IMG/VR virus record: IMGVR_UViG_3300047557_002530
DNA length: 64,000 nucleotides
Reading direction: 5' to 3' (one strand)
Source: a virus
Taxonomy: Duplodnaviria; Caudoviricetes
Under the pieces are notes generated by a model. It saw only the letters and a list, made by a program, of their open reading frames with translations, searched no databases and was not told where the DNA came from. Below, one piece after another: positions 18,433-26,253 of the stretch. The translations under genes and the position numbers were made by a program. The first letter of the stretch is position 1. Each line of letters begins with the position of its first letter.

Positions 18433-19005
18433 ATGTTTAATATTTTTAAAAAGAAAGAAAGTACTATGGAGGTTAAAATGCGTAAAGAACAATATCAAGT
18501 TCCGCAAGTACAATTTGTATTTCGCGAGAATGGTGAATTTGTAACTCGTACTTCTTCAGAATTGTTTGATGAGAAGCGTGTGGTCCTGTTTAGTTTGCCT
18601 GGTGCTTTCACTCCTACTTGCAGTTCCTATCAGTTACCTGGATTCGAAGAGAAATATGACGACTTTCTTGGTCTCGGCATTGACGATATTTACTGCATCT
18701 CTGTTAATGATGGGTTTGTCATGAATGCCTGGGCTCAAGATCAGAACATCAAGAATGTAAAACTCATTCCAGACGGCAATGCATATTTTACACGTTCTAT
18801 GGGTATGCTCGTCAATAAGTCTAACCTTGGTTTCGGTGATCGCTCTTGGCGTTATGCTATGGTCGTGGATAACGGAGTCATCGAAAAACTATTCGTTGAG
18901 GCAGGTCAGCGAGACAATGCAGACACCGACCCTTACGAGACGACTACTCCAGAAGTGGTTTTTGATTATGTGAAATCTACAGTTCGAGAAACTGCAACTG
19001 TTTGA
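18433..19005 (+). CDS. peroxiredoxin (Prx5/type II)
   Basis: LPGAFTPTCSSYQLPG, SVNDGFVM, RSWRYAMVVDNG; exact start uncertain. Confidence 0.92.
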   Translation: MFNIFKKKESTMEVKMRKEQYQVPQVQFVFRENGEFVTRTSSELFDEKRVVLFSLPGAFTPTCSSYQLPGFEEKYDDFLGLGIDDIYCISVNDGFVMNAWAQDQNIKNVKLIPDGNAYFTRSMGMLVNKSNLGFGDRSWRYAMVVDNGVIEKLFVEAGQRDNADTDPYETTTPEVVFDYVKSTVRETATV

Positions 19006-19014
19006 AGAATACTC

Positions 19015-19039
19015 AAAGCGTCCGAAAGGGCGCTTTTTT
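19015..19039 (+). terminator. intrinsic terminator
   Basis: AAAGCGTCC-GAAA-GGGCGCTTT-TTT. Confidence 0.85.
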
Positions 19040-19069
19040 AATAAATAAAATATCGAATGAGTAGGAAAG

Positions 19070-19759
19070 ATGAGAGTAGATCTTCATAACTTTTTTCAAT
19101 ATTATGATCCAAAGAATCCTAAGCACGTTGCAGCAGTTGAGCAACTAGAAGTAGATCTTAAGGATTCTCCACTTCTTGACGATAGTTCTAATTGGGTCAA
19201 AATTTACAGGACAAAACCAACTGTTCCTGGTGTTCTATCTGTTCCTTTTTATCCACAGACAGATAATTACAGAGATGCGCAAAGAACTTGCAATTCATCT
19301 GCTTGTGCTATGTGCTTAGAGTATTTCAAACCAGGCACTCTCCAAGGAGCAAAGGGCGATGATGCCTACGTTCGAAAAGTTTTTGCGATTGGTGATTCAA
19401 CTGATCACACCGTCCAGACAAAAGTTTTGGAAGGTTATGGAATTAAGTCACGCTTTAGTTACAATTTATCTTTTTCTGATCTTGATCGTGAGTTATCTGC
19501 TGGGAGACCTGTCGTTATTGGTATCTTGCACCGCGGCTCTTTATCTAATCCTACTGGTGGGCACATGGTTGTAGTGATTGGTAAGAGAGGTGAGGATTAT
19601 GTTGTGAATGATCCCTATGGTTCTCTCAATGATGGTTACACTGGACCTGTAACAAATGGTAAGGGTGCAGTCTATAAGAAGTCTGATCTTACTTATCGTT
19701 GGTTAGAAAGAGGTAAAGATAAGACTGGTTGGGGTCGTATCTTTGACGCAAAAAAGTAG
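19070..19759 (+). CDS. peptidase C39-like protein with extra N-terminal domain
   Basis: QTDN...RTCNSSACAM (Q, C), GGHMVVVIG (H), VNDPYG (D). Confidence 0.85.
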   Translation: MRVDLHNFFQYYDPKNPKHVAAVEQLEVDLKDSPLLDDSSNWVKIYRTKPTVPGVLSVPFYPQTDNYRDAQRTCNSSACAMCLEYFKPGTLQGAKGDDAYVRKVFAIGDSTDHTVQTKVLEGYGIKSRFSYNLSFSDLDRELSAGRPVVIGILHRGSLSNPTGGHMVVVIGKRGEDYVVNDPYGSLNDGYTGPVTNGKGAVYKKSDLTYRWLERGKDKTGWGRIFDAKK

Positions 19760-19806
19760 AAACGCCAACTAACATTAATAATGCCAATGAAGTGCCGTTG
19801 GTTGGC
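19750..19806 (+). promoter_or_regulatory. putative -1 programmed ribosomal frameshift signal
   Basis: A_AAA_AAG (19750-19756), 7-nt spacer, stem GCCAACTAAC/GTTGGTTGGC (19764-19773/19797-19806). Confidence 0.7.
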
Positions 19807-20250
19807 ATTAATTTAATTAAAGAGTTTGAAGGATGTCATTTGAATGCTTATCCAGATCCTTTAACAAAAGGACCACCTATTACAATAGGTTGGGGAAGCA
19901 CTAAAGACTTTGACGGAACACCATTTAAAATAGGTAGAGTGATTACTCAAAAGTATGCAGACACTCTACTTGAGTTTGATTTAAAGAATAGATTTTTACC
20001 AGCACTTCAAAGAATACCTTATTGGAGCGAAATGAATGAAAATCAACAAGGCACAATTCTTAGCTTTGCTTATAATCTTGGTGCTAATTTTTATGGAAGC
20101 TCTAATTTTAATACGATAACTAGAGTTCTTAAAAACAAAGAATGGACTAAAGTACCTGATGCCTTATATCTTTATCATAACCCAGGAACAAGTGTAGAAG
20201 CAGGATTGAAGAGGAGGAGAGTTGCAGAAGGTAAACTTTGGAGTTCTTAA
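19759..20250 (+). CDS. GH24 phage lysozyme domain (frame open from 19747; GTG at 19792 has no clear RBS)
   Basis: LIKEFEGCHLNAYPDP...ITIGWG, SFAYNLG, GLKRRRVAEG. Confidence 0.9.
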   Translation, partial: ETPTNINNANEVPLVGINLIKEFEGCHLNAYPDPLTKGPPITIGWGSTKDFDGTPFKIGRVITQKYADTLLEFDLKNRFLPALQRIPYWSEMNENQQGTILSFAYNLGANFYGSSNFNTITRVLKNKEWTKVPDALYLYHNPGTSVEAGLKRRRVAEGKLWSS

Positions 20251-20492
20251 TCGTCCATCTTTGCTTTTAATCCAAGCAATGCCGTAAACAAAGTAAACAA
20301 AGCATCATATCCTCTTCTTTCAGATTCTTTGCAATCTAAGGGAGGGGAATTTTTTAATCCACCTAGTGCATCTGCTCTTTCCATAGAACCTGGAACCATA
20401 AAGTTACAGTTGGCAAAAGTAACACCAACGTATCCAAGTGTTCCTACTACAATAACGACGATTAACTTATCAATTAGTTTTAAGTTTTTCAT
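20247..20492 (-). CDS. small two-TM membrane protein convergent with the lysozyme
   Basis: 81 aa with hydrophobic N- and C-terminal segments. Confidence 0.65.
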   Translation of the reverse strand: MKNLKLIDKLIVVIVVGTLGYVGVTFANCNFMVPGSMERADALGGLKNSPPLDCKESERRGYDALFTLFTALLGLKAKMDD

Positions 20493-20680
20493 CTTCCTTC
20501 TTGTTTATGAATCCAAGTTTTCAATTCGTGCAAATATTGCCTAAGTTCATCTGCTTTACGAAGATGCCACGAATCACCACTCTTGAAATACTCTTGAGTG
20601 TGATTATCAATTGCTTTTAGAATATTATGTATTGGTGCGTTCCATCGCTCACGCTTCGGAGTATTCCATTCGCGTGGCAT
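20489..20680 (-). CDS. hypothetical protein
   Basis: 63-aa ORF with RBS (GAGG), coupled to its neighbour. Confidence 0.7.
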   Translation of the reverse strand: MPREWNTPKRERWNAPIHNILKAIDNHTQEYFKSGDSWHLRKADELRQYLHELKTWIHKQEGR

Positions 20681-20686
20681 AATTCC

Positions 20687-20800
20687 TCACTTCTTCTTGC
20701 CACCATTCTTTGCTTTTTTCGCAGTCGCATTACCTTGATTTTGTTTGGATTGCTTGCCCCCAGCAGAACCCTTCTTACCTTTGTTTGCAGACTTTGACAC
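20687..20800 (-). CDS. 37-aa Lys/Gly-rich basic peptide
   Basis: GTG-start frame SKSANKGKKGSAGGKQSKQNQGNATAKKAKNGGKKK*; fits better than the track ORF 20617..20805. Confidence 0.55.
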   Translation of the reverse strand: MSKSANKGKKGSAGGKQSKQNQGNATAKKAKNGGKKK

Positions 20801-20879
20801 TGCACCGCCCCATATGATACAATGATATTTAGGAAAAACTGTTCCTATTTATACTGTGCCACCTAGGCAATTCGACCTA

Positions 20880-20929
20880 TTGACACCGCTTTCTGGTCGT
20901 GCTATCATAAATAGGTAAACAAATGTTAC
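20880..20929 (+). promoter_or_regulatory. psbA promoter (sigma70-type plus late core plus HLR1-like box)
   Basis: TTGACA(20880)-17-TATCAT(20903) overlapping TAAATA; TAGGTAAA-CA-AATGTTAC (20912-20929). Confidence 0.65.
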
Positions 20930-20968
20930 GAAACGCTAACGATTCTTAACATTGTTAAACACCCGCTA

Positions 20969-21062
20969 ACCGAGACCTATGGGTGTATAAAAACGTCTCT
21001 CATACCCACAGTGGAGGGTGCTGTGGGGAATAATCGTATCAGTTCGTCCCCCCGAACTTTTA
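20969..21062 (+). ncRNA. PhotoRC-II-like psbA leader RNA
   Basis: GAGAC...GTCTC stem, CCCACAG/CTGTGGG hairpin around GAGGGTG, AGTTCG/CGAACT hairpin, directly 5' of psbA. Confidence 0.7.
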
Positions 21063-21080
21063 ACTAACTCTCTTAAACAA

Positions 21081-22160
21081 ATGACTGCTACAATTTCACG
21101 TCAACAACAATCGAATACTTGGGAACAATTCTGCAACTGGGTTACTAGCACTGATAACCGTCTCTATGTAGGTTGGTTCGGAGTCCTGATGATTCCAACA
21201 TTGCTCGCCGCAACAATCTGCTTCATCATCGCATTTGTCGGTGCTCCCCCTGTAGACATTGATGGAATCCGTGAACCAGTCGCTGGTTCTCTAATGTATG
21301 GAAACAACATCATCTCTGGTGCTGTTATTCCTTCGTCCAACGCGATTGGACTGCACTTCTACCCCATCTGGGAAGCTGCTTCACTTGATGAGTGGCTTTA
21401 CAACGGCGGACCTTTCCAACTGGTAGTGTTCCACTTCCTCATCGGCATCTATGCTTATATGGGTCGTGAATGGGAACTCTCATACCGCCTAGGTATGCGT
21501 CCTTGGATCTGTGTTGCTTACTCTGCACCTGTTGCTGCTGCCAGCGCAGTGTTCCTAGTCTATCCTTTCGGTCAAGGTTCTTTCTCTGATGCAATGCCTC
21601 TGGGTATCTCTGGTACCTTCAACTACATGCTTGTTTTCCAGGCAGAACATAACATCCTGATGCACCCCTTCCACATGCTTGGAGTTGCTGGTGTCTTCGG
21701 TGGTTCACTGTTCTCTGCAATGCACGGTTCTCTAGTTACTTCCTCACTGGTTCGTGAAACCACCGAGCAAGAGTCGCAGAACTATGGTTACAAGTTCGGT
21801 CAAGAAGAAGAGACTTATAACATCGTTGCAGCACACGGTTATTTCGGTCGCCTGATCTTCCAATATGCTTCCTTCAATAACTCTCGTTCGCTACACTTCT
21901 TCCTTGCTGCTTGGCCTGTTGTCGGTATCTGGTTCACTGCTCTTGGTGTTAGCACCATGGCCTTTAACTTAAATGGCTTTAATTTCAACCAGTCTCTGCT
22001 TGATAGTCAGGGTCGTGTAGTTAACACCTGGGCTGATGTTCTTAACCGTGCTGGACTGGGAATGGAAGTGATGCACGAGAGAAATGCACATAACTTTCCT
22101 TTGGACCTGGCTGCTGCCGAAGCAACTCCTGTTGCTCTAACTGCACCTTCTATCGGTTGA
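21081..22160 (+). CDS. psbA: photosystem II D1 protein (intronless, 359 aa)
   Basis: [35 protein letters not shown]; start at ATG 21081. Confidence 0.99.
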   Translation: MTATISRQQQSNTWEQFCNWVTSTDNRLYVGWFGVLMIPTLLAATICFIIAFVGAPPVDIDGIREPVAGSLMYGNNIISGAVIPSSNAIGLHFYPIWEAASLDEWLYNGGPFQLVVFHFLIGIYAYMGREWELSYRLGMRPWICVAYSAPVAAASAVFLVYPFGQGSFSDAMPLGISGTFNYMLVFQAEHNILMHPFHMLGVAGVFGGSLFSAMHGSLVTSSLVRETTEQESQNYGYKFGQEEETYNIVAAHGYFGRLIFQYASFNNSRSLHFFLAAWPVVGIWFTALGVSTMAFNLNGFNFNQSLLDSQGRVVNTWADVLNRAGLGMEVMHERNAHNFPLDLAAAEATPVALTAPSIG

Positions 22161-22185
22161 GTTTCGTAAAAACTGAATAATCTAA

Positions 22186-22224
22186 AAGGAGGGACTTGCA
22201 AAAGTCCCTTTTTTGCTATATAAT
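22186..22224 (+). terminator. psbA terminator overlapping a sigma70-type promoter for the HEG
   Basis: AGGGACTT-GCA-AAAGTCCCT-T tract; TTGCAA(22196)-17-TATAAT(22219). Confidence 0.75.
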
Positions 22225-22254
22225 AATTGAAGTTAAGAAATCAAAGATTGAATT

Positions 22255-22683
22255 ATGAAAACTTGCAACATTTGTGGAGAAACGAAATCACTTGATGAGT
22301 ATTATATCAATAATTTTGGATACCCTCACGGTAAATGTAAAAAGTGCTATGTTAAAAAACAGCAAGAAAAATATGACCCAATGAAAAAAAGAAACGAAAA
22401 CTTAAAAAGATGTTATGGAATAACACTCCAAGAATATAATGAAATGTTAGATAATCAAAATGGTAAATGTGCCACTTGTGGAACTACTGAACCAGGAGGT
22501 AGAAAATCTGGTAGGGGCGGTGGTGCTGATGTATTTGTAGTAGATCACTGCCACGATACTGGTAAAGTTAGAGGTCTTCTTTGTCATAGTTGTAATAGGG
22601 CTATGGGACTATTAGGAGATAATGTAAGCGTTATTGAAAGTATGATTAAATACCTTGAGCAGCACGAAATTAATGTCTCATAA
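22255..22683 (+). CDS. Endonuclease VII-family homing endonuclease (F-CphI-like)
   Basis: CNIC...CKKC, YGIT..EY, CATC, VDHCHDTGKVRGLLCHSCN; position just 3' of psbA. Confidence 0.88.
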   Translation: MKTCNICGETKSLDEYYINNFGYPHGKCKKCYVKKQQEKYDPMKKRNENLKRCYGITLQEYNEMLDNQNGKCATCGTTEPGGRKSGRGGGADVFVVDHCHDTGKVRGLLCHSCNRAMGLLGDNVSVIESMIKYLEQHEINVS

Positions 22684-22795
22684 TACTCAACACGAACCTA
22701 TGCCTAACTGGGTAATCTGGGTAGGCGTAGGTATGATGGTATTTACGGTTCTTGTTTTTGTCTTATTCACTCTTGGGCAAATTTACTGGGGATAA
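22673..22795 (+). CDS. 40-aa single-TM peptide
   Basis: MSHNTQHEPMPNWVIWVGVGMMVFTVLVFVLFTLGQIYWG*. Confidence 0.55.
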   Translation: MSHNTQHEPMPNWVIWVGVGMMVFTVLVFVLFTLGQIYWG

Positions 22796-22863
22796 GTGCT
22801 AATACTCATTGACTCTTATTATGAAGTATTGTAAACTAAATATGAGAAATCACATAGGAGGCT

Positions 22864-23010
22864 ATGACTTCTTCAACACTTTCACAACCAATTCAACAAA
22901 GGGGGTGGTTTGATGTCCTGGATGACTGGCTTAAACGAGATCGCTTTGTATTTGTGGGTTGGTCTGGACTATTACTTTTTCCCACTGCTTATTTGGCCCT
23001 TGACTGGTAG
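22864..23010 (+). pseudogene. psbD: truncated 5' copy of psbD (46 homologous codons, then stop)
   Basis: [48 protein letters not shown]; RBS AGGAGG. Confidence 0.93.
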
Positions 23011-23144
23011 GACTGCTGAATGACTTTTCTGGGATTGTATCTAATCTTTATTGGTGTGAAGGGATTGTTTAGAGATTTACAGAGATACAGAGAACAAACT
23101 GATAATAGGTAAAAATATAAAAGACACTTTCTAAACTGGAACAG

Positions 23145-23179
23145 GGGCACTTCGCAGGTGCCCTTTTTGATGGTATAAT
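23145..23179 (+). promoter_or_regulatory. hairpin/T-tract overlapping an early-type promoter
   Basis: GGGCAC-TTCGCAG-GTGCCC-TTTTT; TTCGCA(23151)-17-TATAAT(23174). Confidence 0.55.
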
Positions 23180-23203
23180 ACTCTCATATACAAAGAGTTT
23201 CAA

Positions 23204-23599
23204 ATGCTAAAAACTAAAACTGTAAAGATAGTAAGTGTGAGTGATTGGGATGACTTTGTAATCCTTATCTATGGAAAGCATTACAGTTTTCAACAACAAG
23301 ATGGGTGTAAATCAAGAGGAACTGCTTATTTTACTGTTCCAAATCAATATGATGCGGAAGAGTTTGATAGTGAGGCAACTACAATCCCATTTGAAGTTAA
23401 TGGTGAAGAAATGGGTGTGAGTTTTGAAACTTGGTTGAATACAAATTTGGAGGATACTGCTTCACACTTTGAATCTGATTGGGAGAATAAGTTGTTCTGG
23501 GAAAGGAATTTTTATCCAGATGTAAACACAATTGTTTGGGACTTATACAAACGAGGATTGCTTGAAGAAGGTGAATATATGATTGATATTGATTGGTGA
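23204..23599 (+). CDS. hypothetical phage protein (cargo inside the psbD insertion)
   Basis: 131-aa acidic ORF with its own promoter. Confidence 0.75.
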   Translation: MLKTKTVKIVSVSDWDDFVILIYGKHYSFQQQDGCKSRGTAYFTVPNQYDAEEFDSEATTIPFEVNGEEMGVSFETWLNTNLEDTASHFESDWENKLFWERNFYPDVNTIVWDLYKRGLLEEGEYMIDIDW

Positions 23600-23660
23600 C
23601 TAAAAAGTAAAAATATTCATTTGTATAAATAATAATGTAGTTAACACAGTAGTAGTAAGA

Positions 23661-24242
23661 ATGAAACATAAGCACCATATTATTCCAAGACATATGGGTG
23701 GTAGTGATGACCCATCAAATCTTATTGAACTGACTGTGGAAGAACACGCAGAGGCACACAGAAAGTTGTGGGAGCAATATGGTAATATCAAAGATTATTG
23801 TGCTTGGAAAGGTTTAGAAGGAACTATTGGTAAAGAAGAGATTGTAAGGTTGCTGATGGACCCAACTGGAAGAGTTCATACAGAAGAAACCAAGAAGAAA
23901 ATGAGTGAGGCACATAAAGGCAAACCAAAGCATACACCTGAAAGTAAAGAAAAAATAAGTGAAGCAAGAAAAGGAAAGCCTTTGAGTGAGGAGCATAAAA
24001 GAAAAATAGGTGAGGCAGGTTTAGGTAATAAAAGATGTCTTGGAAATAAACTAACAGAAGAGCACAAAGAAAAACTTTCTAAAAGTATGAAAGGAAATAA
24101 AAATGCTTGTGGTCCTCAAAAAGTTAGTGAAGAAGCAAAGAAAAATAGAAGTGAAGCAACCAAAGAAAGATGGAGAAAATATAGAGAACAAAAAGGATTT
24201 GACCCTAACAAACCTATTGATGGTAGATACTCTAAAATATAG
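23661..24242 (+). CDS. HNH-type homing endonuclease with multiple NUMOD3 repeats
   Basis: [31 protein letters not shown]; repeats [48 protein letters not shown]; TATAAATA at 23624. Confidence 0.88.
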   Translation: MKHKHHIIPRHMGGSDDPSNLIELTVEEHAEAHRKLWEQYGNIKDYCAWKGLEGTIGKEEIVRLLMDPTGRVHTEETKKKMSEAHKGKPKHTPESKEKISEARKGKPLSEEHKRKIGEAGLGNKRCLGNKLTEEHKEKLSKSMKGNKNACGPQKVSEEAKKNRSEATKERWRKYREQKGFDPNKPIDGRYSKI

Positions 24243-24342
24243 TGCCCGCAAGGGCACCTGCCGAAGGCAGTAAGTATAAATACACTTCCCTTTTTATCCA
24301 GTTTCCATTACAATAAATATGTAAAGTAATGTAAAGGAGGCT

Positions 24343-25407
24343 ATGACTTCTTCTGTTTTACAGACACCCTCCCAATCACAGCGTGGATGGTTTGATGTCC
24401 TTGATGATTGGTTGAAAAGGGACAGATTTGTGTTCGTAGGTTGGTCTGGCCTACTTTTATTTCCAACAGCATACCTCGCACTTGGTGGGTGGCTTACTGG
24501 TATTACATTTATCACTAGTTGGTATACACACGGTATTGCTTCAAGTTTTTTAGAAGGTTGTAATTTCTTAACAGCTGCGTTGAGTACCCCAGCAGATGCT
24601 CTCGGACATTCCCTTCTACTTCTCTGGGGTCCTGAGTCTCAAGGGGATTTCATCAGGTGGTGCCAACTTGGGGGACTCTGGACTTTTGTGGCGCTCCACG
24701 GATCTTTCTCTCTGATTGGATTCATGCTTCGTCAGTTTGAGATTGCTCGTCTTGTAGGCATTCGTCCTTATAATGCTATTGCATTCTCTGGACCCATTGC
24801 GGTCTTTGTGAGTGTCTTCCTGATGTATCCTCTGGGTCAATCCAGTTGGTTCTTTGCACCATCGTTTGGTGTTGCTGCTATCTTCAGGTTCCTTCTGTTC
24901 CTTCAGGGTTTCCACAACTGGACCCTCAACCCCTTCCATATGATGGGAGTTGCTGGTATACTGGGTGGAGCACTGCTCTGTGCTATTCACGGAGCAACCG
25001 TAGAAAACACACTATTTGAAGATGGTGACCAAGCAAATACCTTCAAAGCATTTGAACCGACACAGGAAGAAGAGACCTACTCTATGGTTACTGCTAACAG
25101 ATTCTGGTCTCAAATCTTCGGTATTGCGTTTAGTAATAAGCGTTGGCTTCACTTTTTTATGCTATTTGTTCCTGTTATGGGTTTGTGGACTTCCAGCATC
25201 GGTATCATTGGTCTTGCCCTTAATCTTCGTGCTTATGATTTTGTAAGTCAGGAGATTCGTGCTGCAGAAGATCCGGAATTTGAGACCTTCGTAACAAAGA
25301 ACATATTATTGAATGAGGGAATTCGTGCTTGGATGGCACCTGTAGACCAACCTGGAGCAAACTTTGTATTTCCAGAGGAAGTTTTGCCTCGTGGAAATGC
25401 TTTATGA
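24343..25407 (+). CDS. psbD: photosystem II D2 protein with divergent 5' and 3' ends
   Basis: [23 protein letters not shown] ... [11 protein letters not shown] ... [10 protein letters not shown]. Confidence 0.99.
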   Translation: MTSSVLQTPSQSQRGWFDVLDDWLKRDRFVFVGWSGLLLFPTAYLALGGWLTGITFITSWYTHGIASSFLEGCNFLTAALSTPADALGHSLLLLWGPESQGDFIRWCQLGGLWTFVALHGSFSLIGFMLRQFEIARLVGIRPYNAIAFSGPIAVFVSVFLMYPLGQSSWFFAPSFGVAAIFRFLLFLQGFHNWTLNPFHMMGVAGILGGALLCAIHGATVENTLFEDGDQANTFKAFEPTQEEETYSMVTANRFWSQIFGIAFSNKRWLHFFMLFVPVMGLWTSSIGIIGLALNLRAYDFVSQEIRAAEDPEFETFVTKNILLNEGIRAWMAPVDQPGANFVFPEEVLPRGNAL

Positions 25408-25436
25408 TATAAATAATTCTATCGTGCGGTAGAATT

Positions 25437-25883
25437 ATGGAAAAGATGGGAATGCTTACCATTCTTGATGAATGGTCTGATAAGGTTCACAGATACTGTA
25501 AAGTTCAGTGTGAATGTGGAACTATAAAAACAGTTCGCAGATCATCTATGAAACCTGGACAAACAGTATCTTGTGGATGTTATAGACGAGAACTTGATAG
25601 AAAGAAGGGGAGAGATCTTCGTTCACCTATGTGGTCTCGGGCAAAATATAGAGCAAAACAAAAGGGTCTGGATTTTAATATCACAAAAGAAGATATTGTT
25701 ATTCCAGACACCTGCCCTTTGTTAGGCACTCCTATGGAATCGCCATCATTAGATCGTATTGATTCTTCCAAAGGATATATCAAAGGTAATGTGTGGGTCA
25801 TCAGTAATAGAGCAAATACTTTAAAAAATGATGCTACATTACAAGAACTCAAAACATTAGTTGAAAATCTGGAGAAACTATGA
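25437..25883 (+). CDS. free-standing HNH/His-Me-type homing endonuclease (paralog of 17110..17634)
   Basis: CECG...SCGC, TCPLL, SLDRIDSSKGYIKGNVWVISNRAN; TATAAATA at 25408 directly after the psbD stop. Confidence 0.82.
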   Translation: MEKMGMLTILDEWSDKVHRYCKVQCECGTIKTVRRSSMKPGQTVSCGCYRRELDRKKGRDLRSPMWSRAKYRAKQKGLDFNITKEDIVIPDTCPLLGTPMESPSLDRIDSSKGYIKGNVWVISNRANTLKNDATLQELKTLVENLEKL

Positions 25884-26026
25884 AAGATACTTCTACAAAT
25901 CAACTTCCACCAAATCAAAAATACATTGGGTGGAAAGAAGTAAATGAAAAAGAATTTGATGAGTTGTTTCCTCCCATCCAAAAGAAAAATCGTGAGGAAG
26001 TTCTACCGCGAGGTAATGCACTCTAA
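25880..26026 (+). pseudogene. 48-aa ORF ending in the D2 C-terminal decapeptide (psbD 3' remnant at 25994-26026)
   Basis: ...[15 protein letters not shown], encoded GAG GAA GTT CTA CCG CGA GGT AAT GCA CTC TAA. Confidence 0.88.
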
Positions 26027-26034
26027 AAATAAAT

Positions 26035-26062
26035 AAAAGGAGTTCTCTGAACTCCTTTTTTT
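26035..26062 (+). terminator. intrinsic terminator following the psbD 3' remnant
   Basis: AAAAGGAGTTC-TCT-GAACTCCTTTT-TTT. Confidence 0.85.
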
Positions 26063-26137
26063 ATGCTCCTTATTCTTATTCTTTTTCAACTCTTTGGAAT
26101 CCTAATGTTTATATTATCTGTTATGCAAGACCTATGA
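26063..26137 (+). CDS. 24-aa hydrophobic peptide
   Basis: MLLILILFQLFGILMFILSVMQDL*, ATGA-coupled to the next ORF. Confidence 0.4.
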   Translation: MLLILILFQLFGILMFILSVMQDL

Positions 26138-26253
26138 TAACTTCTACAACACCATATAAATTGGCAGAGATCATTAGAGATACTTGGCCAAACCTTTACA
26201 GACCGCCAATAAAGACTTATAATCAATCAAAAGCACAAGAAAAGAATGTATGA
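26134..26253 (+). CDS. 39-aa hypothetical peptide
   Basis: MITSTTPYKLAEIIRDTWPNLYRPP...*, overlapping neighbours on both sides. Confidence 0.5.
   Translation: MITSTTPYKLAEIIRDTWPNLYRPPIKTYNQSKAQEKNV

Noticed and set aside
21081-22160. Group I intron in psbA
   Set aside because: The reading frame is continuous (359 aa) through the HERNAH region; no intervening sequence.
24242-24270. GNRA-type hairpins as group I intron P9 elements splicing the two psbD pieces
   Set aside because: The downstream psbD is complete with its own RBS and start, the upstream piece duplicates rather than complements it, and no intron core (P3/P7) was recognisable.
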